Part shown: positions 9,566 through 19,615 of the stretch, piece after piece
Numbering within the stretch: the stretch's first letter is position 1
Layout: each line of letters starts with the position of its first letter
Source of the DNA: Spirochaetia bacterium
GTDB taxonomy: Bacteria > Spirochaetota > Spirochaetia > DSM-2461
Reading direction: 5' to 3'
Length of the DNA: 64,000 nt
Assembly (NCBI GenBank): GCA_963666985.2
Contig: CAXXIA010000002.1
Location: forward strand, 1,248,001-1,312,000
Program-made: the position numbers and the translations under genes
Notes under the pieces: generated by a model
Told to the model about the DNA's origin: nothing
Databases searched by the model: none
The model's input: only the letters and a program-made list of their open reading frames with translations

Positions 9566-9805
9566 ATGAAAAAAACCGATAACGAAGAATACGAAGCCGT
9601 CCAGGTTCTGCAGAATCTTGTTGAAGCGAATCTTATGGAGCAGCTGCTGAATGAAGAGGACATTCCCTTTTTCATCCGTGAATGGCATGATGTCAACACC
9701 GAAGGGAGTTGGATAGAAAAAGAAGGTTGGGGATGGATTCTCGGGAGAAAGATTGACGAAGAGAGGATTCGGACGTTATACAGTGAACGAATCGTGAGTG
9801 AATAA
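9566..9805 (+). CDS. Small DUF2007-like putative signal-transducing protein
   Basis: EANLMEQLLNEEDIPFFI pattern; 79 aa. Confidence 0.6.
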   Translation: MKKTDNEEYEAVQVLQNLVEANLMEQLLNEEDIPFFIREWHDVNTEGSWIEKEGWGWILGRKIDEERIRTLYSERIVSE

Positions 9806-10033
9806 CCGGCGTTAAAGAAATGAGGGACTCGGTAACCCGAAAACCACCTCAACCCAAAGGCTCGAAAGCGCCGCGAATCTTTAATACAGCCGCCCGCAGA
9901 GAACCCGCCTGAAAGAAGAAGAAATCACGGGCGGCTGTGGTACGGGAAACCAAAATCTTCGACGCCCGCAAACAATGCCGGATCCGCTGCAGGCGGTCCG
10001 CATTACCCGTACCCCGCTCATAAAGGAGACCAC

Positions 10034-10405
10034 ATGAAATTCCTAGGGAACCTCATCTGGCTGATCTTCGGCGGCTTCATCGGAGCCGCTGCCTGGGCCT
10101 TTGCCGGACTCATCCTCTGCATCACGGTCATCGGCATCCCGTTCGGGATTCAGGCCTTCAAAATCTCCTCCTTCGCCCTCTGGCCCTTCGGCAGGGAGGT
10201 TGAAGTCGGAGAATTCGGAGCCGGCGGGGCAATCGGCAACGTTATCTGGATTCTACTCTTCGGCTGGGAGCTGGCCCTTGGGCATCTTATCATCGCCCTT
10301 GTCTTCTTCATCACCATCATCGGGATTCCCTTCGCCGGGCAGCACATCAAGCTCGCCCGCCTGTCCCTCATCCCCTTCGGTGCTGAAATCCGCTCCGCCG
10401 GCTAG
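10034..10405 (+). CDS. yccF: YccF-domain inner membrane protein
   Basis: Two repeats GN(L/V)IW...IT(V/I)IGIPF...(W/I)PFG; AAGGAG RBS. Confidence 0.92.
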   Translation: MKFLGNLIWLIFGGFIGAAAWAFAGLILCITVIGIPFGIQAFKISSFALWPFGREVEVGEFGAGGAIGNVIWILLFGWELALGHLIIALVFFITIIGIPFAGQHIKLARLSLIPFGAEIRSAG

Positions 10406-11770
10406 TCCGGCCATCTTGCCGGAAGTCCCGGCGGAATCCCCGGACAGAACTTTCCCGCCTCCGTACCAGTCCGTCTTTCGGGTTAAAAACATCACCAATC
10501 CCAGCATCACGAAAAGACCGATGGACCCGATAAGCAGCGCATAATCCTCCGACTTCAATGTTATCCAAAGCCACACATACGCCGCGGCCAGAACACCCGT
10601 CATAACCAGGGCGGAAACCCATCGCCGCGTCACGCTTCCGGAATACAAGGAAATAAGAACCGTCACCCCCGCCGCGGCCAGAAGATACGCCGCATCAAAA
10701 GCCATTTGCTCCGAAACGGCAAGGAGCAGAAGGTAGAACACCACATCGGCCGCTCCCGCCAGCAAGTACTGCACCGGGTGAATGCGAATCCGGCCGAGAG
10801 TCTCGAAGAGGAAAAAGACCACAAACGGAATCAGCAGGAACAAAGCACCATACTTCACCGACCGCTCCGCCCTCGCGTACGCGCTCACCGGTTCAAGAAG
10901 CTCAACCGACAACGCATAAGCCTCAAGTCCGGTATCGTTCCCGCCGGAGGTTACCCAGCGGGAGCGAATCGGCCGGCTCACCTCGGGAATCCTCCAGCGT
11001 GCCTGAAAACCTGATTCATCCCACTCCCGTTCATCCGGCAGCACCGAACCGCCGAAAGAAGGCGACGGCCAATCACCCTCAAGAAAGAGTTCCGCGTTCC
11101 TCGCCAGCGGCGCAACCGAAACCGAACCCCCGCCGCCGATTTCCATGTTCCAGTCGAAATCCACCCTTTCCCCGGCGGCCGAAAGCGCCCCCACCGAAGC
11201 GCCGATCCCCGCCCCAACGCCCGAATCATCCCCGGCATTCGGATGAAACTCAATTCCCGATTCGCCCCACCGCAGCTCCGAAACCTCCCGAATCCCCCTC
11301 ATGTCGGCAATACCCACAACCAAACGATTCTCGCCGGCAAGAGGAAGCGCACCGTCCGGATAAGCATCCCTGCCCGGAATCGTAAAAAACCCCTTCGCCC
11401 TCAGATGAGCCGCGTACACCGGAACCCGATAAATCCCGCGATACCGGTATTCCACGTCAAGATCACCGCTCACAAGCACATCCTCCGGCAGCACGCAGAG
11501 CGACCCCCGCCTCTTAACAACAACACGCTCGCCGTCTCGATACTCCACCACATCCTCGACAAAAGGCAGCACCAGAAGAGGTCCCACCATCTCCAGCGAA
11601 CCTCCCGCCCCCGCGATAATTTCATTTTGAGTCTCCCTCGCCCGCCCCTGACGCTCGTAAACCAGCGACTTAATCAACCCCAGCGGAATCAGCAAAAGGA
11701 GCAGCAGCACGATAATAATTGCTGCCTTCAACCCGTTCTTAAAACCGTTCTTCCCCGTAACACCATTCAT
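10253..11770 (-). CDS. creD: Cell envelope integrity inner membrane protein CreD, with acidic C-terminal extension
   Basis: LLIPL..I..LV.ER, YRGIYRVPVY, WPSPSFGG, RSVKYGALF, IHPVQYLL, SEDYALLIGS, TRKTDWY. Confidence 0.93.
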   Translation of the reverse strand: MNGVTGKNGFKNGLKAAIIIVLLLLLLIPLGLIKSLVYERQGRARETQNEIIAGAGGSLEMVGPLLVLPFVEDVVEYRDGERVVVKRRGSLCVLPEDVLVSGDLDVEYRYRGIYRVPVYAAHLRAKGFFTIPGRDAYPDGALPLAGENRLVVGIADMRGIREVSELRWGESGIEFHPNAGDDSGVGAGIGASVGALSAAGERVDFDWNMEIGGGGSVSVAPLARNAELFLEGDWPSPSFGGSVLPDEREWDESGFQARWRIPEVSRPIRSRWVTSGGNDTGLEAYALSVELLEPVSAYARAERSVKYGALFLLIPFVVFFLFETLGRIRIHPVQYLLAGAADVVFYLLLLAVSEQMAFDAAYLLAAAGVTVLISLYSGSVTRRWVSALVMTGVLAAAYVWLWITLKSEDYALLIGSIGLFVMLGLVMFLTRKTDWYGGGKVLSGDSAGTSGKMAGLAGGADFSTEGDEGQAGELDVLPGEGNPDDGDEEDKGDDKMPKGQLPAEE

Positions 11771-12264
11771 TTTTCACCTCTCTTCTTTTTGTTGTTGACC
11801 CCCGAAGCCCAACCTAACAGCCGCTCCGGCATCGCAAGCACCCGGCATCCCGATACCGCCGAAAACTCTATCCTCATCACCCTACCCGCCGATGCTTATC
11901 CCGGCGGACCGAACGGCACCGCAAATCCCCGCCGCCCGGCACACAACCGAGGCGGCGGGAATCCGGCCGTCAGCAGGCGCCGCTCACGCCCGAACTCGGC
12001 GGCGGCCGAAAAACCGGCTACACCCGGCACTCAGCACACCGCCGCCGGGCAGGAACTCACCTGCGCCGAAACCTGGCGGCACCCCAGACGCAGCCGAAAT
12101 ACCGGCAATTCGTACCTCTCGGCGGGAATCCGACCGCCCGGTGATCAACCTGCTCCACCCTACCCCCCTCCCGTGGCGGCTCTCGGGCCCGAATCCGGCA
12201 AAATACGGGCGAAGTCCGGTCGGCCTTCCGGTAATCCCGGACCGATTCGGGCGGTCATGTTAAA

Positions 12265-12960
12265 ATGGAAGCCATGAAGCATATTGCCATCGTCGACGAC
12301 GAAGCCGCTCTGCGGGAAAACCTCAGTTTCGCTCTGGATCGGGAAGGTTACAAAGTGTCGGTTTATCCCAACGGCGAAGAAGCCTGGACGGCCCGCTCGA
12401 CTGAGAAACCGGACCTCTACATTCTGGATATCCTGATGCCGAGAATGGACGGATTGGAATTCTGCCGCCGTCTTCGCCGCGAGGATGTCCGAACACCGAT
12501 CATCTTTCTCTCATCCCGTGATGAAGAACTCGACCGCGTTCTCGGATTGGAAACAGGAGGCGACGACTACATCGGAAAACCCTTCAGCGTCCGGGAACTT
12601 CTGGCCCGCATCAAAGCGGTCCTGCGCCGCGCCGACGGAGAAGAGCGCAGTGAGCCGCCCATTACGGCGGGCCCTCTGGTGCTGAATTCCGATTCCTATA
12701 AAGCCTCATGGAACGGAAAGGAACTTGTCTTTACATTAAGTGAATACCGTCTTCTCTCGGAACTGGCCCGTTCTCCCGGAACCGTCAGAACACGTTCGGC
12801 TCTCTATTCCTCGGCCTTCCCTGAAGATCAGTTCATCAACGAACGGGCGGTGGACAGCCACATAAAACGAATCCGACGCAAACTTGAAGACGCCGGAGCG
12901 TCCAAAAACATTCTTGAAACGGTCTACGGACTTGGCTACAGGCTGGAAATCGACACTTGA
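12265..12960 (+). CDS. OmpR-family response regulator (ChvI/CreB-like)
   Basis: IVDDE, LDILMP, KPFS, winged-helix RAVDSHIKRIRRK, TVYGLGY; start may be 12274. Confidence 0.93.
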   Translation: MEAMKHIAIVDDEAALRENLSFALDREGYKVSVYPNGEEAWTARSTEKPDLYILDILMPRMDGLEFCRRLRREDVRTPIIFLSSRDEELDRVLGLETGGDDYIGKPFSVRELLARIKAVLRRADGEERSEPPITAGPLVLNSDSYKASWNGKELVFTLSEYRLLSELARSPGTVRTRSALYSSAFPEDQFINERAVDSHIKRIRRKLEDAGASKNILETVYGLGYRLEIDT

Positions 12961-14564
12961 AAGGACTCACCGCCAGGCTGCTCATCTTCAACCTCCTGCT
13001 CGCCGTTTTTCCAATCGGGGCGGTGCTGTTTCTCGGAACCTATGAATCACAGCTTTTGGAAAGCCAGGAACGGGCCATGGTGCAGCAGGGAAGGCTTTTG
13101 GCCTCGGCGCTTGTCGGTCACGATCTGGCCGTGGAAGCCTCGGCCATCCTCGGCCGTCTCGGTGGAAGAACCGATTCCCGGCTTCGAGTGGTTAACATCG
13201 AAGGCCGGCTGATTGCCGACTCCTCCAGGCCGACTTCCGATAAACAGAATTCCGAAACCGGCGGCGGCGATAAGCCGAAACGAGTCTCCCAAAACGACGA
13301 TTCAAGGATCATCAAACAGCTACAGGAGCAAACCGGATCAATCAGCTATCCGGAAGAGAGCGTCATCTATAACATAGGAGCTCTTCCCGCTCGGCTTTTC
13401 CGAAATCTTATCGGCTACTTCCGTCCTCCCGAAGACGCCAAGGGCGATGCCGAATACTACAGCGGCCGCGATGTTCTCGACGGACCGGAAATCGCCGCGG
13501 CTCTGAACGGACGGTACGGCGCGGCAACGAGAATATCCGCCGAACAGAGATCGGTTACCCTTTACTCGGCCATCCCCATACTCGCCGGGGAGGAAGTCAT
13601 CGGCGCGGTTCTCGTTTCACGCTCCTCCATAGGCATCCTCTCCGACCTTTACCAGCTTCGCCTGGACATCATGAAAATATTTCTCTTCAGCGTCGGCGCC
13701 GCCGTCGTTCTTTCCATCATGCTGGCGCGAACCGTTACCGGTCCCGTGGGCCGACTGCGCAACCAGGCCGAAAGCCTTCTGGACGAACGGGGCAAACTTC
13801 AGGACCGCTTCAAGCCCCTCTCGGGCCGGGATGAAGTGGCCGACCTTTCCCGGGCTCTCTACCGGCTCTCCTCCAGGCTGCAGGAACGAACCGATCATCT
13901 GGAACAGTTCATCGCCGACCTGGTGCATGAAATGAAAAATCCCGTAGCGGGAATCTTAAGCGCCGCAGAGCTTGCGGGCTCGGTGGCGAATCAGGAATCC
14001 ATACGGTTTCTTTCGGTTATTAATCGCGAAGGCCGGCGTATCCAGCGGCTTCTGGACGACCTGAAGGAACTCATCAGCGTGGATGTCCGTCTTGACAGCG
14101 GACGGAACACAACCGTCGATTTAACCTCTTTTCTCGGCAGTATCGTCTCGGTCTACCCTTTGAATCAAACACCCGGAATTAAGCTGGAGCTGAACGCCGA
14201 AACCGATTCGCCCGTTCTTGTGATTGCCGATCAGGATCGGCTCGCCCAGGCCGTACTGAACCTTGTGGACAACGCCGTTTCCTTTTCGCCGGAAGGCGGC
14301 ATCGTGGAAATAGGACTGGAAGAGTCGGACGGACGCGCCAGAATCAGCATCGCGGACAGAGGGCCGGGTTTTCCTCCGGAAACCGAGGAGAAAATTTTTG
14401 AACGATGGTATACGGACAGGCCCGATAGCGAAGCGGCCGGCCATACCGGATTAGGGCTGGCCATTGTTAAAGGAATCACGGAAGGCTACGGAGGCAAAGT
14501 CACGGCGGCGCATCGTGAAGGCGGCGGTGCCCTGTTTATTCTGGAACTCCCGGCCGAAGGCTGA
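12957..14564 (+). CDS. Sensor histidine kinase (ChvG/CreC-like; HAMP, HisKA, HATPase)
   Basis: Two TM segments, [29 protein letters not shown]; overlaps the regulator stop codon. Confidence 0.93.
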   Translation: MKGLTARLLIFNLLLAVFPIGAVLFLGTYESQLLESQERAMVQQGRLLASALVGHDLAVEASAILGRLGGRTDSRLRVVNIEGRLIADSSRPTSDKQNSETGGGDKPKRVSQNDDSRIIKQLQEQTGSISYPEESVIYNIGALPARLFRNLIGYFRPPEDAKGDAEYYSGRDVLDGPEIAAALNGRYGAATRISAEQRSVTLYSAIPILAGEEVIGAVLVSRSSIGILSDLYQLRLDIMKIFLFSVGAAVVLSIMLARTVTGPVGRLRNQAESLLDERGKLQDRFKPLSGRDEVADLSRALYRLSSRLQERTDHLEQFIADLVHEMKNPVAGILSAAELAGSVANQESIRFLSVINREGRRIQRLLDDLKELISVDVRLDSGRNTTVDLTSFLGSIVSVYPLNQTPGIKLELNAETDSPVLVIADQDRLAQAVLNLVDNAVSFSPEGGIVEIGLEESDGRARISIADRGPGFPPETEEKIFERWYTDRPDSEAAGHTGLGLAIVKGITEGYGGKVTAAHREGGGALFILELPAEG

Positions 14565-14568
14565 AGGT

Positions 14569-15288
14569 ATGAACGAAAACAACGAAAGAAGAATCAGGCT
14601 TCATCCAAGCTGGCTGACACGGCTCTCGGAAGAATTCGAAGAATTCTACATGCAGGAACTCCGAAGCTTTCTCTTAGCCGAAAAACACGCCGGGAAGGAA
14701 ATTTATCCGGCGGGCGACCGCATATTCGCGGCTCTGAATCATACGCCCTTTGAAGAGATTAAAGTGGTTATCCTGGGGCAGGATCCCTACCATGGCCCGG
14801 GACAAGCGCACGGACTTTGTTTTTCCGTCCTTCCCGGCGTCCCTATTCCGCCGTCGCTCGTCAATATTTATAAAGAACTCGCCTCGGATCTGGGCATCCC
14901 TCCCGCGAACCACGGCTACCTGCGCTCCTGGGCGGAACAGGGCGTTCTTATGCTGAATTCGGTTCTCACTGTGGAAAAAAACAAAGCCGCGTCGCATCGC
15001 AACCGGGGCTGGGAAACATTTACCGACCGCATCGCGCGCATCGTGGACGCCGAGCACAGCGGCGTGGCTTTCGTGCTCTGGGGATCGTACGCGCAGAAAA
15101 AAGGGGCGTTCATCGACAGATCCAAGCACCTTGTTCTGGAATCTCCCCATCCCTCCCCTCTTTCGGCTTCCCGAGGCTTTTTCGGCACAAAACCGTTCTC
15201 TACGGTGAACGCCTGGCTCGAACGGCAGGGCAAGGAACCCGTGGACTGGAAACTCCCGGAACATCCCGCCGTACCCGGGGGAGGTTAG
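14569..15288 (+). CDS. ung: Uracil-DNA glycosylase (family 1)
   Basis: GQDPYH, GLCFSV, PPSLVNI, HPSPLS; ATG 14569 chosen over upstream TTG. Confidence 0.96.
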   Translation: MNENNERRIRLHPSWLTRLSEEFEEFYMQELRSFLLAEKHAGKEIYPAGDRIFAALNHTPFEEIKVVILGQDPYHGPGQAHGLCFSVLPGVPIPPSLVNIYKELASDLGIPPANHGYLRSWAEQGVLMLNSVLTVEKNKAASHRNRGWETFTDRIARIVDAEHSGVAFVLWGSYAQKKGAFIDRSKHLVLESPHPSPLSASRGFFGTKPFSTVNAWLERQGKEPVDWKLPEHPAVPGGG

Positions 15289-15334
15289 GGATCTTTACCA
15301 AAATCCCAAAACCGCTTCAGACCGCCGCCTCTGA

Positions 15335-16099
15335 TTAAGGCCCCTCAATCAGCAAAGTTACCTCTCCGCTCCCGCCAACCTCAATGAAGGCGGCGGAACC
15401 GTTCTCCGTACATAAAAAGGCATGCGTTCCAACGCCGATATCTCCGTTCCATCCGTCCGCTCCGGCCTCCAAGGGTTCCGATGGCAGGTATTCGGAATAC
15501 CATGTTCCGTGCGGCAGCGGAATCGCCGCTTCAACAAGAGAAGAAAGACGAAAACTGTAAATCCAAAGACTGCCGTCCGCGAGATTCCCGCCAAGCTTCC
15601 TTTGGTCGATATCCCAAGGCCTGTTTTCTCCGCGCTCTCCGACGGCATCGCGAAACCGGCCGATATTGATTGATTCCGGATTAATACCGGCTTCGGCGAG
15701 ATTGAGAAGATACCACGCGGAAAAGCCGTCTTCCCAGGTTAATTGAATCTCTTCGGCGGATAATTCGCTTATCGCCGCCACGGCTCCCGCAGGCTTGATT
15801 CTCCAGAGCATCGGATACCGTTCGCTTTCCGGCTGAGCGGATACCAAAATCGGCCGTTCCTTGGGAAGAGAAAGCGTAACGGAATCCGAGGAAGAAACGG
15901 TTCTTCGACATACCCCGTCTCCGCTCAGCCATGAAATCGTCCAGACTTCGGGCTCGTCGATACCCGAACCGGTAAAATTGAACTTCGGAAAAACAACAGT
16001 AACCGGATACCGGGAGGAAAAAATCCCGCATCCGGCCGTGAGAACGGCGGCGAAGAATACGGCGAGAAGAAAAGAGAATCGATTCAATAAGCGATTCAT
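15335..16099 (-). CDS. Hypothetical lipoprotein
   Basis: Signal peptide with lipobox LTAGC; fills the gap between ung and the next gene. Confidence 0.7.
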   Translation of the reverse strand: MNRLLNRFSFLLAVFFAAVLTAGCGIFSSRYPVTVVFPKFNFTGSGIDEPEVWTISWLSGDGVCRRTVSSSDSVTLSLPKERPILVSAQPESERYPMLWRIKPAGAVAAISELSAEEIQLTWEDGFSAWYLLNLAEAGINPESINIGRFRDAVGERGENRPWDIDQRKLGGNLADGSLWIYSFRLSSLVEAAIPLPHGTWYSEYLPSEPLEAGADGWNGDIGVGTHAFLCTENGSAAFIEVGGSGEVTLLIEGP

Positions 16100-16171
16100 A
16101 CAATTCCATAACCGCGCAAACGCTCAGTTCTCTTGAGCGACAATAGAGGAAATATAGTATGATAAACCGAA

Positions 16172-17590
16172 ATGTCCGATATAAATGAATTTCAGAGTCA
16201 ATTAAGCGGCGCGCTCTCAGCGAAATCCGAGCAACTTGAAAGAACCGACATTCCCAAACTCAGGAAGCATCTCCAGGAGTTCGAAGCCGGTGTTTCGACA
16301 ATGTACAAATTTCTCATCGAAAAAGGATTCCTGCAGAAAGACCCTTACAAGAACGAACATGCCGTAACGAAAATCCATGTTCCCTCCAGCGAGCCGTTTA
16401 CCGACGCCGAGGCCATTTCCGAAATCAGTCTCCGATTCTCCGCTTATGTAAGCCAATGGGAATTCATCGTTAATATATTTGACGCCAGTCTCTCCAACCT
16501 CAGCCTGAAAAAAGTGAAACGTCTTCTGGAACTTATCGAATGGATTCGTTGGACCGATTTCTCTCCAAATTCTCCATTCCAGATTACACGGGCCGTAGCG
16601 GATACCGTAGGCAAGATTACGAAAATGAACGATCCCATTGCCGGGAAGATGATCAGCAGCAGCATAACCTTCCTGCGCAACAATTCCAACAACATCAAGG
16701 GAGATCTGAAAGCCATTACGGTTTTCCTGAGGGAACGTTATAAATACAGCCTTAGGGAAGAAGTTCTGAACCGCATGTCCATCAACCCGGAACAGTACCA
16801 CCGGAATCCTCAAAGCATCCTGGATAACGTGAAATTCGAATTTTCGGTCAGACTGAAAGAAGCCGGCTGGTACAAGGAACTCGTTCTGGAAACCCTGGAA
16901 GAAAATTACGGCAAGGATGCGGAATCAAACCGAGCCGCCGTTTTGGAAAAACTCAAGGTCAGCCGGCAGGAAACGAAAAAAAAGAAAAAAACCGGCCCGG
17001 ACGATCGTTTCGTTCTCTACCAAATCATCGATAAAATGGCCAAAGGCGGCGAACCCATGCGAACGGCCATGATGAAGATGAACGAGAATTCCCGAATTAT
17101 CCAGGAACGGAAACGCAGCTTAAGTGAACGCCTCTCCGAAATGTTCTCATCCATCTTCAATAAATCTTCAGCCGGCATCGTTTATGACATCGCCATCAAA
17201 AACAATGCGACCGGGGCGGTCCGCTACGAATCGCTCAACTTCACGACATTCAGCGGTACAACGATGAAGCGCGCCCGGTCTCTTCAGGAACTCCAGGACT
17301 CCCACTCAAACACCTATAAAAACGTCCGCGAAGCGGATTCGGCGAAACTCCTGGACTATATTGAAAAAATCCTCGCGGAGATGAAAAGCATCCACAAAAA
17401 ACTCGAAGGTCTGGAAAATTATTTCCAATCGAATGCCGTACCGGAAACCGTTAAAGACGCCATGAAAACGGTCGGTCTGCCTTTAAAAAACCTGAAGGCC
17501 TCAATTTCCGAGACAATGATCGCGAAGAATCAATACATCTCCCAGAAAGAACAGGAAGCGCAGCTTCGGAAACTCGGAATCGAAGAGTAA
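16172..17590 (+). CDS. Hypothetical all-helical cytoplasmic protein
   Basis: 472-aa ORF with typical codon usage, charged and helical; no motif recognised. Confidence 0.8.
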   Translation: MSDINEFQSQLSGALSAKSEQLERTDIPKLRKHLQEFEAGVSTMYKFLIEKGFLQKDPYKNEHAVTKIHVPSSEPFTDAEAISEISLRFSAYVSQWEFIVNIFDASLSNLSLKKVKRLLELIEWIRWTDFSPNSPFQITRAVADTVGKITKMNDPIAGKMISSSITFLRNNSNNIKGDLKAITVFLRERYKYSLREEVLNRMSINPEQYHRNPQSILDNVKFEFSVRLKEAGWYKELVLETLEENYGKDAESNRAAVLEKLKVSRQETKKKKKTGPDDRFVLYQIIDKMAKGGEPMRTAMMKMNENSRIIQERKRSLSERLSEMFSSIFNKSSAGIVYDIAIKNNATGAVRYESLNFTTFSGTTMKRARSLQELQDSHSNTYKNVREADSAKLLDYIEKILAEMKSIHKKLEGLENYFQSNAVPETVKDAMKTVGLPLKNLKASISETMIAKNQYISQKEQEAQLRKLGIEE

Positions 17591-17602
17591 TCGATCACCG
17601 GC

Positions 17603-19510
17603 TTACGGCCTTTCGGCCGCCCGGTAACGTCCCAGATTCCGATACTCTTCCGATGTTTCCCGGAACGCCGCTTCGGCTTCCGAGAGCGAAGATAAATCTT
17701 CGGGAAGCATCGCATCAACGTAAAACATATAGCTCCAGGGCTTTCCCGCTATCGGACGCGATTCAAGCTTCGTCATGTCGATGTTGAAGTTCTTAAGAAC
17801 GGTAAGGCAATCGGCCAATGAACCGGGATGACTCTTAATGGTAAAGGTAAAAGACGTTTTATCGGCGTTCTCCGGAGCGGCGGTATCCGCCTTGGCGATA
17901 ACGGCGAACCTCGTATAGTTCCTGGGATTCGTCTCAATATCCTCGGCGAGAATCTCCAGCTTGTGAAAAGCCGCCGCCTCCGCGCTCGCGACGGCCGCTA
18001 TGGACGGATCGGACTCCCGGGCAATCATGCCCGCCGCCCCGGCCGTGTCAAAATAGGACACGGGCTCCCAGCCCTTCCCGGCGATATACTCTTCGCATTG
18101 AGAGAGGGCTTGCGGATGGGAATAAACCCGGCGAATCTCGGACTCCTTCGTTCCGGGTTTTACAATAAGATTATGGCGAATTCTTACTTTTATCTCTCCG
18201 ACGATTTTCACGTCGGGATAGCGTGACAGCAAATCGTAATTTTCCAAAACACTGCCCGCCAGGGAATTCTCTATCGGAAGCATTCCCCAGGAAACGTCCC
18301 CGGAGAGAACGGCATTGAAAACATCGGAGAAACGGGGCAGCGGAATCGATTCCACCTCGCCATCGGGGAAATAATTCAGAATGGCGCGTTCGCTGTAAGC
18401 TCCCCGTTCTCCCTGAAACGCCACCCTGGGCTTGGTCCCCACCCCCCGCTTGCCGAGGTGCGAACGCAGAACATCTTCCTGATGCCGCTCGGGAAGCCGG
18501 GCCATCTCGCGGCCGACCGTGGGACAAAGAGCTTCGATGTCCCGCAAAAGCTTATCGAACTGCTGCGGCCATAAAGTCTGCGCTCCGTCGCTCATGGCCT
18601 TATCGGGATTCGTATGAACCTCGACAATCAGTCCGTGCGCTCCCGCGGCGATACTGGCCAGAGCCATCGGCGGGACCTTGTCGCGGATACCGGTCGCATG
18701 GGAAGGATCGACGATTATCGGCAAATGACTAAGTTCCTTCACCACGGGAATGGCCGAAATATCCAGGGTGTTCCTCGTTTCTCTTCCGAAAGTTCGGATT
18801 CCCCTTTCACACAGAATAACATCGTCGGTTCCGGAGGCCAGAAGGTATTCTGCGGCCATCAGCCATTCCTCTATTGTGGCGGCCAGCCCCCTCTTGAGAA
18901 TAACGGGCATCCCTTTGGAACCGACGGCTTTCAGCAGTTCAAAATTCTGCATGTTTCGTGTTCCGATCTGAAAGGCATCGACATATCGGCTCATTTCATC
19001 AACGTCTCCGGGAGAGACAATTTCGGAAACAACCGGCATTCCCGTGGCCTCACCGGCCGCTTTCAGATATTCCAAACCTTCAAAACGCAATCCCTGGAAA
19101 GCGTACGGAGAGGTACGGGGCTTGAAAGCGCCGCCGCGGAGCATAACGGCACCGGATTCTTTGACGGCCCAGGCCGTTTCCATAATTTGCGATCGGGATT
19201 CAACGGCGCAGGGGCCGGCAATGGTGATAATGCGCGATCCGCCGATTTTCACCGGGCCGATGCTTATCACCGAATCCTCAGGATGAAACTGACGGGAAGC
19301 CATTTTATATGGCTTACTGATGGGAATAACCCGGTTCACACCGGGAAGCACTTCTACGTCGCGGGTATCGATAGATGCCATACCGACAGCGGCAATAACC
19401 GTATCGTTCTCGCCGATAATTTCCCTGGTTCGAAAACCTTTCTCGGTAAGAAACGAGATTATGTGATTCTTATCGGATTCAAAGACGCCGTTTTCAAGTA
19501 CGATGATCAT
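17603..19510 (-). CDS. aroF: Bifunctional DAHP synthase (type I-beta) / prephenate dehydratase
   Basis: AGPCAVES, RGGAFKPRTSPY, DPSHATG; then VAFQGERGAYS, PIENS, SHPQAL, NYTRF, LESRP (PDT + ACT). Confidence 0.93.
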   Translation of the reverse strand: MIIVLENGVFESDKNHIISFLTEKGFRTREIIGENDTVIAAVGMASIDTRDVEVLPGVNRVIPISKPYKMASRQFHPEDSVISIGPVKIGGSRIITIAGPCAVESRSQIMETAWAVKESGAVMLRGGAFKPRTSPYAFQGLRFEGLEYLKAAGEATGMPVVSEIVSPGDVDEMSRYVDAFQIGTRNMQNFELLKAVGSKGMPVILKRGLAATIEEWLMAAEYLLASGTDDVILCERGIRTFGRETRNTLDISAIPVVKELSHLPIIVDPSHATGIRDKVPPMALASIAAGAHGLIVEVHTNPDKAMSDGAQTLWPQQFDKLLRDIEALCPTVGREMARLPERHQEDVLRSHLGKRGVGTKPRVAFQGERGAYSERAILNYFPDGEVESIPLPRFSDVFNAVLSGDVSWGMLPIENSLAGSVLENYDLLSRYPDVKIVGEIKVRIRHNLIVKPGTKESEIRRVYSHPQALSQCEEYIAGKGWEPVSYFDTAGAAGMIARESDPSIAAVASAEAAAFHKLEILAEDIETNPRNYTRFAVIAKADTAAPENADKTSFTFTIKSHPGSLADCLTVLKNFNIDMTKLESRPIAGKPWSYMFYVDAMLPEDLSSLSEAEAAFRETSEEYRNLGRYRAAERP

Positions 19511-19615
19511 GAGCCCATCCTACCGTATCGGTATATCTTCGCACAGGGAGTCCGGTCCGGATTAAAACAATTCCGGTATTTTCGCCGAACACCTATTCGG
19601 AGAATCACCGGTGTG

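Noticed and set aside
11243..12277. 344-aa plus-strand ORF across the creD 5' end and spacer
   Set aside because: Pro/Arg/His-rich low-complexity product of the C-skewed strand; overlaps creD antisense.
14464..14568. N-terminal extension of ung
   Set aside because: Overlaps the kinase 3' end; ATG 14569 fits family length.
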